Below the pieces are notes generated by a model that made no database searches, had not been told where the DNA came from, and saw nothing but the letters and a program-made list of their open reading frames with translations. A stretch of 64,000 nucleotides of DNA from Candidatus Saccharimonadota bacterium (lineage in GTDB: Bacteria > Patescibacteriota > Saccharimonadia > Saccharimonadales > Saccharimonadaceae). The position numbers and the translations under genes were made by a program. The stretch is taken from assembly GCA_017431465.1 (NCBI GenBank), contig JAFRLA010000030.1, positions 276-64,275 of the forward strand, read 5' to 3'. This document shows positions 35,392 to 43,355 of this stretch, one piece after another (the first letter of the stretch is position 1; each line of letters opens with the position of its first letter).

Positions 35392-35735
35392 TCTTTATAA
35401 TTGACGACGATCAGGAAATGGCCGAGTGTATTTCGTTAGCGATTAGGTCGATTAAGCCCGCCGAATCGATCCGAATTTTCTCAAATGCCATTGCGGCAAT
35501 GCAGGTGCTAGATGATGAAGAATTACCGAGCCTGATCTTTTTAGATATTTTGCTAAATGGCCCAGACGGCTTTACTTTTTTGAATGAGCTAAGCTCTTAC
35601 TCAGACACAGCAAAAATCCCAGTCGTTATTGTTTCGTCATTAAGTCTAAAAAAACAACAATTAGAGGACTATGGCGTTGTCGGATTTTTAGACAAGACTA
35701 CGATGACCCCGGAGGATATTCAAAAATATGTCTAA
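35388..35735 (+). CDS. single-domain response regulator (receiver only)
   Basis: An acidic DDD pocket, the phospho-acceptor context LIFLDILL, VVIVSS and FLDK. The start overlaps the kinase stop (ATGA). Confidence 0.8.
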   Translation: MIFIIDDDQEMAECISLAIRSIKPAESIRIFSNAIAAMQVLDDEELPSLIFLDILLNGPDGFTFLNELSSYSDTAKIPVVIVSSLSLKKQQLEDYGVVGFLDKTTMTPEDIQKYV

Positions 35736-36411
35736 AAATGTAGACCTAAAAACTGACGCGATTGTGCTCCGCCGCACCAATGTTGGCGAGGCAGACCGGG
35801 TTATTAATCTTTTGACTCCGGGTGGCAAAATTACCGTTTCGGCCAAATCGGTCAGAAGGGAAAAATCTCGTCTTGCTGGCGGAATTGAAATGTTTTGCTT
35901 ATCGCGTGTCGGTGTCCATCAAAGCCAAAAATCTGGTCGCAATATTTTAACTTCCGCTAAAATGGTAAAATTTTACAAAAATATTCTCGGCGATATCGAG
36001 CGGCTAGAATTGGCTTCGGAAATTTTGCGCCAAGTTTCGCGTGCGGCAGAGGGAATTGACGACCCGGGGTACTTTGACTTAGTCCGGCAATGTTTTGAAG
36101 CGCTAGATAATAAATCTCCGACCAATGTTATCTCTGCCTGGTTCTTATTAAACTTTGCAAGACTAAAAGGGGAGCAAGTCAACTTAATTGCAGATGTAGA
36201 AGGCGAAAGGCTGCGGTCCGATGAAAATTATGCCTGGGATTCTACGGAAATGGCCCTCAGGCGATTCCCGGCCGGAAAAATTTCCAGCAATGAAATTAAA
36301 GCGATGCGCCTAATGTTGTCCAGTTCATTAGAACTAGCGTTGCGGGTAAAGAATATTGAGGCTCTTACGCCGGAGATCTTATACATTGCGAAATCGCTAA
36401 ATCAGTTGTAA
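35728..36411 (+). CDS. recO: DNA repair protein RecO
   Basis: The RecO N-terminal OB pattern (DAIVLRR...GEADRV..LLT...G). It overlaps the response regulator gene by 8 nt. Confidence 0.8.
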   Translation: MSKNVDLKTDAIVLRRTNVGEADRVINLLTPGGKITVSAKSVRREKSRLAGGIEMFCLSRVGVHQSQKSGRNILTSAKMVKFYKNILGDIERLELASEILRQVSRAAEGIDDPGYFDLVRQCFEALDNKSPTNVISAWFLLNFARLKGEQVNLIADVEGERLRSDENYAWDSTEMALRRFPAGKISSNEIKAMRLMLSSSLELALRVKNIEALTPEILYIAKSLNQL

Positions 36412-36414
36412 AAT
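36409..36414 (+). promoter_or_regulatory. -10 box TAAAAT whose first three bases are the recO stop codon, 6 nt upstream of the glyQS ATG
   Basis: ttgTAAAATataagtATG. Confidence 0.5.
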
Positions 36415-36420
36415 ATAAGT

Positions 36421-37782
36421 ATGAATAATCTAGAAGATATTGTGAGTCTTTGTAAGCGTCGTGGCTTTATTTTCCCAGGCTCTGATGTTTACGGCGGCTT
36501 TGCTGGGACTTGGGACTTTGGCCCGCTCGGCGTGAGTTTGAAGAAAAAAATTATGGATGAATGGTGGAAATTCTGGGTCGAAGACCGCGATGATATGTAC
36601 GGTATTGACGCGGCGATTTTGATGAATCCTAGAACCTGGGTCGCTTCTGGCCATACTGCGACTTTTGCCGATCCGCTCGTAGAGTGTAAGGATTGCCACG
36701 GTCGTTTTCGTGCCGATAAAATTGCTGATGGAATTTCCGAATCGGTTACGACTGAAGAGTTTCAGGCTCTCGGCGTAAAATGCCCGACCTGCGGTAAAAC
36801 CAATTGGGGCCCGATTCGCAAGTTTAACATGATGTTTGAAACCCATGTTGGCGCCGTCCTGCCTGAGGATGTAAACGGTGACGAGAATGCGAAGGCTCTA
36901 GCCGAAAAATCGGTCGCCTATCTTCGCCCAGAAACTGCGCAGGGAATCTTTACGAATTATAAAAATGTTGTTGACACATTATATCCAGATTTGCCGTTTG
37001 GCTTAGCCCAGCAAGGAAAGGCTTTTCGAAACGAGATTTCTCCGCGTGATTTTATCCTGCGCGATCGCGAATGTTCGCAGATGGAAATTGAGTATTTTGT
37101 CCGCCCGGATGATTGGGAAACTCAGTTCGAGAAGTTGCTTAAAGAAAACCACGAATTCCTAGAAGAAAAAATGGGGCTTCCGGCCGATAAAATTAAAGAC
37201 TACGAAGTCCCGGCTGACGACCGCGCGCATTATTCCAAGCGTACAATCGACTTTATGTTTGAATATCCGAATGGGGAAGAAGAGTTGATGGGACTAGCCT
37301 ATCGCACCGATTTTGATTTACAAAACATTGCCCGCGAATCCGGAAAGTCCATGGAATATCGCGACAAGAATAGTGGGGAAAGCTTCGTTCCGCACGTCAT
37401 CGAGCCTTCGATTGGCGTAGAGCGTTTGTTCCTTGCCGTTTTATCTGCGGCCTATGCCGAAGAGGAAATCGACGGAGGGAAACGCATCGTTTTGAAACTG
37501 CCGGAGAACCTTGCGCCGTATAAGTTCTGCGTTTCCCCGCTCCTGAAAAATAAACCGGAGCTCGTCGAAAAAGCCCGCGAGGTCTATAATCTTCTTCGCA
37601 AAAAATATGGCAACGTTACCTGGGACGACTCCGGCAATATCGGTAAACGATACCGTAAACAAGACGAAATCGGCACCCCGAAATGCGTGGTCATCGACTT
37701 CGATACCTTAGAAGACGACACAGTTACTGTTCGTAACCGCGATACCACAGAGCAAGTCCGCTTGCCGATTGATGAATTGTAG
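36421..37782 (+). CDS. glyQS: glycine--tRNA ligase (dimeric GlyQS type)
   Basis: Motifs CKRRGFIFPGSDVYGG..G.WDFGP, RPETAQG and FRNEISPR. Confidence 0.95.
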   Translation: MNNLEDIVSLCKRRGFIFPGSDVYGGFAGTWDFGPLGVSLKKKIMDEWWKFWVEDRDDMYGIDAAILMNPRTWVASGHTATFADPLVECKDCHGRFRADKIADGISESVTTEEFQALGVKCPTCGKTNWGPIRKFNMMFETHVGAVLPEDVNGDENAKALAEKSVAYLRPETAQGIFTNYKNVVDTLYPDLPFGLAQQGKAFRNEISPRDFILRDRECSQMEIEYFVRPDDWETQFEKLLKENHEFLEEKMGLPADKIKDYEVPADDRAHYSKRTIDFMFEYPNGEEELMGLAYRTDFDLQNIARESGKSMEYRDKNSGESFVPHVIEPSIGVERLFLAVLSAAYAEEEIDGGKRIVLKLPENLAPYKFCVSPLLKNKPELVEKAREVYNLLRKKYGNVTWDDSGNIGKRYRKQDEIGTPKCVVIDFDTLEDDTVTVRNRDTTEQVRLPIDEL

Positions 37783-37951
37783 GGAAACTAAATAAGTAAT
37801 TTCTCAAGAAACGACTCCTCACGTCCGATAAAAAAGTAGTTTGCTAGGCGGATGTCGAAAGAAATTAGCAGTTTCTTTCTCCATCCGTAGCAAACTACTT
37901 TTTTATCGGGTTCGTCGTATGTTTCTTAAGAAATTACTTATTTAGTTTCCC
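37782..37951. repeat. 170-nt imperfect inverted repeat (long hairpin) filling the glyQS-ppa convergent gap
   Basis: The outer arms 37782-37812 and 37921-37951 give 31 bp with 1 mismatch. The inner arms ccgataaaaaagtagtttgcta / tagcaaactacttttttatcgg give 22 bp and are perfect. The stem extends further to a ttagca loop near 37865. Confidence 0.85.
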
Positions 37952-38468
37952 AGCGTTTAATCGCATCAGCAATCACCTGTTTTGCCTCCGCAACGTCGCC
38001 AAATTTCTCTACTTTCGTCGTCCCCGGCTTCTTGAGATCCTTGTAGTGATTGAAGTGGAACTCAATCTGCTCAAGCGTTCGCTTTGGCAAATCTTCGAGC
38101 GTTTGATAAGCGTCGCCATTATTGCGGTCGTCCGCCGGTACGCAGATAATCTTGTCGTCTACTTCTCCGTCGTCGACAAACTTCATTACGCCGAGAATTC
38201 TCGCAGCAGTATAAACGCCAGTCGTGAGCGGCTGATCGGTAATTAATAGCACATCGAGTTCATCGCCGTCTTCATCCAAAGTCTGCGGAATAAACCCATA
38301 GTTACAAGGCTTCGCAAACGCTATCGGCTCTACGCGGTCAAGCATAAAGCAAGCTTTTTCCCTGTCCCACTCGATTTTATGATTCGATCCAGTCGGAATC
38401 TCAACGACAACGTTGATTTCCCCGTTTTCGTAATCCCCCGGTGTTAAGATTTTGTTAAAATCTGCCAT
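37938..38468 (-). CDS. ppa: inorganic pyrophosphatase (family I)
   Basis: Motifs NVVVEIP.GS..K.E.D, DGD.LDVL and DDK. The start is set at ATG 38468, which follows a GGAG. Confidence 0.93.
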   Translation of the reverse strand: MADFNKILTPGDYENGEINVVVEIPTGSNHKIEWDREKACFMLDRVEPIAFAKPCNYGFIPQTLDEDGDELDVLLITDQPLTTGVYTAARILGVMKFVDDGEVDDKIICVPADDRNNGDAYQTLEDLPKRTLEQIEFHFNHYKDLKKPGTTKVEKFGDVAEAKQVIADAIKRWETK

Positions 38469-38504
38469 ATTTATCTCCATTTAATACCCTTTTATTATAG
38501 CACA

Positions 38505-39692
38505 TTAATCTAGAAAAATCTTCTGGTCTTTGATTTCGTCCGGCAGGTAACTTTTATCGAGGTGGAATCCCGCTTCCCATTTCTGCCCTTTGCCGTAGCC
38601 TAAGTCTTTCATCAGTTTCGTCGGCGCGTTGCGAAGATGTGTCGGCACAGGCAAGCCCATTGACTTATGCGCTAAATCTTTCGCACGCGCCCAAGCGTCG
38701 TATGATACACGACTTTTCTTTGACTTTGTCAGCGCGCAAACTACGTGCGCTAAGATAATTCCCCCCTCTGGCATTCCCACTCGCTCGACCGCCTCGAAAG
38801 CCGACACCGCGAGTGGCAGAGCTCCATTTCCGGCCAGTCCAATGTCTTCCGAGGCAAAAACTACCATCCGCCGCGCAATAAATTTCGGATCTTCCCCGGC
38901 CTCGACCATCCGCGCAAGATAATACAGTGCTGCGTCCGTATCACTGCCGCGCATCGATTTTATAAATGCCGAAATATTATCGTAATGTTTGTCGCCGGTT
39001 TTATCATAGCCCGGTACTTTCCTACCGGCCGCTTCTTTGACAATATCGACATCAACTTTTCCCGAGCCGCCGGCCAGCGATAACGCTAGCTCCAAATCTC
39101 CAAGCGCGCTCCGCGCATCTCCGCCTGAAAGTTCCGCGAGATAATCTAGCGCCTTCGCCGAAACTCGCTTTGAAGCCTTCTCCGCTTTTATAGCCCGCTT
39201 TAAAACCGTGATAATATCATCTTTGGACAGCGGGGAAATAACCACTACGCGCGAGCGGGACAAAAGCGGGGAAATAACCTCAAACGACGGGTTCTCAGTC
39301 GTCGCTCCGATTAAAATTATCAAGCCCGATTCGACATGCGGCAAAAACGCATCCTGCTGTGCCTTATTAAACCGATGAATCTCATCCACGAAAAGCACTG
39401 TTCTCGTCCCAAGATTCCAGTTTTGCCGCGCCCTTTCGACGACCGCCGAGATATCCTTTTTCCCCGCCGTTACCGCCGAAAGTTCCACAAAATCCGCCTT
39501 GTACTCTCTCGCTAAGATTCTCGCCAGCGTAGTTTTCCCCGTTCCTGGCGGCCCCCAAAAAATTAGATTTACCGGTTCGCCTTTCTTTACGATTTCCGTC
39601 AAAATTTTTCCTTCGCCGATAATCTCATTTTGGCCGACAACCTCGTCTAGATTTTGCGGCCGCATCCTCTCTGCTAGTGGCACTCTATTCAT
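38505..39692 (-). CDS. rarA: replication-associated recombination protein A
   Basis: Motifs LAERMRPQNLDEVVGQ, GPPGTGKTT and VDEIHRFNK. The start at ATG 39692 lies 7 nt after a minus-strand TATAAT (39700-39705). Confidence 0.9.
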   Translation of the reverse strand: MNRVPLAERMRPQNLDEVVGQNEIIGEGKILTEIVKKGEPVNLIFWGPPGTGKTTLARILAREYKADFVELSAVTAGKKDISAVVERARQNWNLGTRTVLFVDEIHRFNKAQQDAFLPHVESGLIILIGATTENPSFEVISPLLSRSRVVVISPLSKDDIITVLKRAIKAEKASKRVSAKALDYLAELSGGDARSALGDLELALSLAGGSGKVDVDIVKEAAGRKVPGYDKTGDKHYDNISAFIKSMRGSDTDAALYYLARMVEAGEDPKFIARRMVVFASEDIGLAGNGALPLAVSAFEAVERVGMPEGGIILAHVVCALTKSKKSRVSYDAWARAKDLAHKSMGLPVPTHLRNAPTKLMKDLGYGKGQKWEAGFHLDKSYLPDEIKDQKIFLD

Positions 39693-39734
39693 ACTATATA
39701 TTATATACCATTCTAGGCTTGACATTAAAATTAT

Positions 39735-39763
39735 ATCGTGATACGATATAATCGTAGTACGAT
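39735..39763 (+). promoter_or_regulatory. two tandem palindromes ATCGT-N3-ACGAT (candidate OhrR operators) overlapping TATAAT boxes
   Basis: atcgtgatacgat at 39735-39747 and atcgtagtacgat at 39751-39763, at a 16-bp period. Each runs into a TATAAT box (39747-39752 and 39763-39768). TTGACA lies at 39719-39724. Confidence 0.45.
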
Positions 39764-39785
39764 ATAATTTACAAAGGAGTAAAAA

Positions 39786-40265
39786 ATGAGCATCTACGAT
39801 TACAAAGTCAAAAATCGCAAGGGCGAGGACGTTTCCCTTGCCGATTTCAAAGGCAAAGTCCTTTTAATCGTCAACACCGCGACCGGCTGCGGCTTTACGC
39901 CACAATACGAAGGCCTAGAAAAGCTATACGAAAAATATCATGACAAAGGCCTAGAGATTCTAGACTTCCCTTGTAATCAATTCGGTCACCAGGCTCCAGG
40001 CTCCGATTCTGAGATTCATGAATTTTGCACCGCAAAATATAAGACCCAGTTCGATCAATTTGCCAAAATCGAGGTCAACGGCGATAAAGCCGACCCGCTC
40101 TATGATTTTCTAAAAGAGCAGAAACCAGGAAAGCTTGGCAAAGCGATTAAATGGAACTTTACGAAATTCCTAGTTGATAAAAATGGCAACGTCATGAAGC
40201 GCTATGCGCCGACTGTTGAGCCAGAAAAAATCGAAGGCGAAATCAAGGAGCTACTAAATGCCTAA
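39786..40265 (+). CDS. glutathione peroxidase-family thiol peroxidase
   Basis: Motifs VNTATGCGFTPQY, FPCNQFG and KWNFTKFLV. Confidence 0.9.
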   Translation: MSIYDYKVKNRKGEDVSLADFKGKVLLIVNTATGCGFTPQYEGLEKLYEKYHDKGLEILDFPCNQFGHQAPGSDSEIHEFCTAKYKTQFDQFAKIEVNGDKADPLYDFLKEQKPGKLGKAIKWNFTKFLVDKNGNVMKRYAPTVEPEKIEGEIKELLNA

Positions 40266-40743
40266 TGAGTCGAAGTCCTGCCAGACACCTAGCACGTCGA
40301 AACTTTGCCAGCCTTTCGATGCGTTAAAACTTGAGAACCAGCTTTGTTTCCCAATTTATCTTTGCTCGAAAGAAATTACGCGTCGATATCGTCCGCTGCT
40401 GGAAAAACTTGACTTGACTTATTCGCAGTACGTCGCGATGTTGTATCTTTGGGAGCACAAAACTGCGACCGTCGGCGAGCTTGGAAAAGTGATGATGATG
40501 GATTCAAACACACTTTCCCCGATTCTAAAAAAGCTGGAAGAAAAAGACTATCTCGTGCGCGAACGTTCAAATGAAGACGAGCGCAACGTCGAGCTAACTT
40601 TAACCGAAACAGGCGCAAAACTAAAGAATCGCGCAAAGGAAGTCCCGGTGAAAATGGGAAAATGTCTCGACCTTAGCGCGAAAGATGCTGCCGAAATTTA
40701 TAGATTATTATATAAAATACTAGCTAATGTAGAAAGGAATTGA
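40258..40743 (+). CDS. ohrR: MarR-family organic hydroperoxide sensor OhrR-like regulator
   Basis: LKLENQLCFPIY...YRPLLEKLDLTYSQYVAMLYLWE and ERSNEDERNV closely follow the Bacillus OhrR pattern. This includes the sensing Cys. Confidence 0.85.
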   Translation: MPNESKSCQTPSTSKLCQPFDALKLENQLCFPIYLCSKEITRRYRPLLEKLDLTYSQYVAMLYLWEHKTATVGELGKVMMMDSNTLSPILKKLEEKDYLVRERSNEDERNVELTLTETGAKLKNRAKEVPVKMGKCLDLSAKDAAEIYRLLYKILANVERN

Positions 40744-40744
40744 A

Positions 40745-41062
40745 ATGAGTGTAATTGAACTAAACTCCGAAAATTTTGAAAACGAAGTCTTAAAATCGAG
40801 CGAACCGGTCCTCGTCGATTTTTGGGCAGACTGGTGTGGCCCGTGTCAGATGATGAGTCCGATTGTCGAAGAGCTGGCAAAAGATGCAAAGTATTTTAAA
40901 GTCGGCGAAGTCAATATTGATGATGAAGATATCTTAGCCGAAAAATATGAAGTATCGAGCATCCCCTGTTTTATTGCTTTTAAGGACGGCAGAGAAATTG
41001 GTCGCAGCGTTGGCGCTCAGTCTAAAAAGAAGTTGATCAAGTTGCTCGGCATGGAGGCCTAA
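40745..41062 (+). CDS. trxA: thioredoxin
   Basis: WADWCGPCQM active site, 105 aa. Confidence 0.93.
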   Translation: MSVIELNSENFENEVLKSSEPVLVDFWADWCGPCQMMSPIVEELAKDAKYFKVGEVNIDDEDILAEKYEVSSIPCFIAFKDGREIGRSVGAQSKKKLIKLLGMEA

Positions 41063-41063
41063 G

Positions 41064-41981
41064 ATGTATGATGTAATTATTATCGGCGCCGGCACAGCAG
41101 GACTTACCGCCGCGATTTACGCCGCACGCGCGAATAAAAAAGTGATAGTTTTAGAGGGCAAAACCTATGGTGGCCAAATTATCACGACTTTTAATATCGA
41201 GAATTACCCAGCCACCCCGCACATTTCCGGTGTCGATTTCGCGAAACAGCTTTATGCCCAGGCGGTCGAGTTAGGCGCCGAGGTTGAGTTTGAAGAAGTT
41301 TTAGCAGTCAAAAAGATCGAAGGCGCCGAGGAGTCATCGAGGCTGATGTTTGAGGTCGAAACCGAGGATGATAAATACGAGGCGCCCGCAGTTATTCTCG
41401 CTACCGGCTCTGAGGATAAGAGACTTGGTCTTAAAAATGAGGAGGAATTTACTGGCCGCGGCGTTTCCTACTGCGCGACTTGCGACGGCGCAATTTATAA
41501 AGGCGAGGAAGTCGCCGTGGTTGGTGGCGGTAACACTGCGCTCTACGATACGCTATATCTTTCCGATGTCGCAAAAAAAGTTTATCTTATCCATCGTCGC
41601 GATGAGTTCCGCGGCGACCCAGCCCTAGTCGATAAAATTAAAAAACACGACAATGTTGAGTTTGTCATGGACACGCAAGTCACTGAAATTAAAGGCGAAA
41701 AAAAGCTAGAAAGCATCGAACTGACTAATAAGAACGGCGAAAAGAAAGAACTAAAAGTCTCTGCGCTTTTCGTGGCGATCGGTCGCACGCCCGCAACGGC
41801 GGCGTTCGCGAATCTGGTCGAGCTTGATGATGGTGGCTACATCGTGGCCGACGAGAGCTGTCTAACTAGCACGCCCGGCATCTTTGCCGCCGGCGACGTC
41901 CGGACGAAATCTCTGCGTCAGCTCGTTACCGCCACCGCAGACGGCGCCGTCGCCGGCAATGCCGCCGCCGAGCTGTCCTAA
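41064..41981 (+). CDS. trxB: thioredoxin-disulfide reductase
   Basis: Motifs GAGTAGLTAA, the CATCDG redox centre, GGGNTA and GIFAAGD. Confidence 0.93.
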   Translation: MYDVIIIGAGTAGLTAAIYAARANKKVIVLEGKTYGGQIITTFNIENYPATPHISGVDFAKQLYAQAVELGAEVEFEEVLAVKKIEGAEESSRLMFEVETEDDKYEAPAVILATGSEDKRLGLKNEEEFTGRGVSYCATCDGAIYKGEEVAVVGGGNTALYDTLYLSDVAKKVYLIHRRDEFRGDPALVDKIKKHDNVEFVMDTQVTEIKGEKKLESIELTNKNGEKKELKVSALFVAIGRTPATAAFANLVELDDGGYIVADESCLTSTPGIFAAGDVRTKSLRQLVTATADGAVAGNAAAELS

Positions 41982-42117
41982 GCCTGCGGAAAACTTTTAG
42001 CCTGTTGTAAATTACATGAAAAACCACCTGCCTTTTCATTTTGTTTATGCTAATATAAAACCACAATAGGTCTATCAAAATAAAAAAAGAAAATAAAAGA
42101 AAGGAACTCCACGCCCT

Positions 42118-42910
42118 ATGAAAACTAATACTAAAATATTTGCCGCTCTCGGCGTAGTAGCTGGCCTAGGTCTCGCCGCCTTCCCAGCCTTCTCCTACGC
42201 TCTTGATGTCTCTGGTGATGTAGAAGTAGAAACAGAAGTAACCCCATCTCTTGCTATGCGTATTCATTCTAACGCAGACGCCACCGGAGAATATGGCTTT
42301 ATAGGCTATAACCCAGCCACTGCAGAAGGTTCAGGCGACCCAGCTGCCGCTGCTGGCCCATCTCAGGCTACTGGCCTTTCTCTTTCTTCTAACCAAGCTG
42401 ATACGACCACTCTTTACTCTAACATTTCTATCCGCTCCAATACTGGCAAATTCAAACTAGAAGTCACTGATGCCGATACAGACAATGCTCTAAGAAACGA
42501 AGCTGGCTCTACTACAGAAAACCAATACATTCCAGCTGGCGTCACTATGAGCACAAGCGACAGTACCACTATCGCTGCTCTAGGTACTAACACTACTAAC
42601 CCACTAGCCTACAGCCTCCATCTGCCCGAAAGGCTGGAGACTCCCAACCAACTCAGAGTTCCAAACCCTCTATAACAACTATAATAGTGCAAGCAGCATG
42701 ATGAGTTCTAGCGGCCCTGCCTTCGTCCTGTCTGGCTACCGCTACGGCGGCAGTATCCTCGCTCAGGGCTCCAACGGCTACTATTGGTCGTCTGTGGCGG
42801 ACGATAGTAACTACGCCTACAACCTGTACCTGAATAGCTCCAGTGTCAACCCTCAGAACTACAACGGCAAGTGGCTCGGGTTTACTGTACGCTGCATAGC
42901 TGCTAGCTAG
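42118..42910 (+). pseudogene. chimeric, frameshifted gene: paralog of cluster gene A (N-terminal ~165 aa) joined out of frame to the C-terminal half of a FISUMP domain
   Basis: Frame 1 (42118-42675) matches gene A up to NPLAYS, then diverges to a stop. Frame 2 is open from 42608 and reads PTASICPKGWRLPTNSEFQTL...GYYWSS...GFTVRCIAAS-stop at 42910. Confidence 0.65.
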
Positions 42911-42984
42911 GTACGCGTCGGATTCGGCCGAGGATAACTCTGGCTGTACATCGCTACATTAAGTGGCCCCCGCTACGAACCACG

Positions 42985-43011
42985 AAAAACCGCCCACCCG
43001 GGCGGTTTTTT
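42985..43011 (+). terminator. rho-independent terminator
   Basis: aaaaaccgccc-accc-gggcgg followed by TTTTTT. Confidence 0.7.
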
Positions 43012-43196
43012 GCCTCTATGCTGATTTTCGTCCCTGCTGGTTTTCTGTCAAGCTGATGCTTGTAAAATGTCGGAATGTTGCTTTTCTAGATAGGTGTGGT
43101 ATAATTAGAGAGCGTGGTTCTGGTCGCTGACGCTCTCAGAACCTCGCTCGTCGAAAAAGCCGAAAAACAAGTTTTTTATCGTTTTTCTTCTCGCTC

Positions 43197-43272
43197 GGCT
43201 CTGTAGCTCAGTTGGTAGAGCAGAGGCCTGAAGAGCCTTGTGTCACTGGTTCAAGTCCAGTCGGAGCCACCA
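43197..43272 (+). tRNA. tRNA-Phe (GAA)
   Basis: Cloverleaf GGCTCTG...CGGAGCC-A-CCA with anticodon loop CTGAAGA. tgGTATAAT at 43100-43105 gives a leader of about 90 nt. Confidence 0.92.
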
Positions 43273-43289
43273 ATTTGTTTCACAAATTG

Positions 43290-43316
43290 GCACGAGACAA
43301 AAGTCTCGTGCTTTTT
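43290..43316 (+). terminator. rho-independent terminator after tRNA-Phe
   Basis: gcacgagac-aaaa-gtctcgtgc followed by TTTTT. Confidence 0.65.
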
Positions 43317-43355
43317 GTTTCACAAAAAGTGGCTCTTCTGCTATAATATATATGT

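Noticed and set aside
42698-42910. 70-aa ORF treated as an independent gene starting at ATG 42698.
   Set aside because: The FISUMP-domain similarity continues upstream of this ATG in the same frame (from 42608) without a start or signal peptide. It is therefore part of the frameshifted chimera, not a stand-alone gene.
30626-43272. Hypothesis that tRNA-Val and tRNA-Phe, each next to a copy of the FISUMP 3' repeat, delimit a 12.6-kb genomic island.
   Set aside because: The interval holds core genes (rpmA, xseAB, recO, glyQS, ppa, rarA, trxAB) with the same promoter style as the rest of the window. It has no integrase, att-like tRNA 3' duplication or phage/plasmid genes. The repeats are coding remnants in direct orientation, not att sites.
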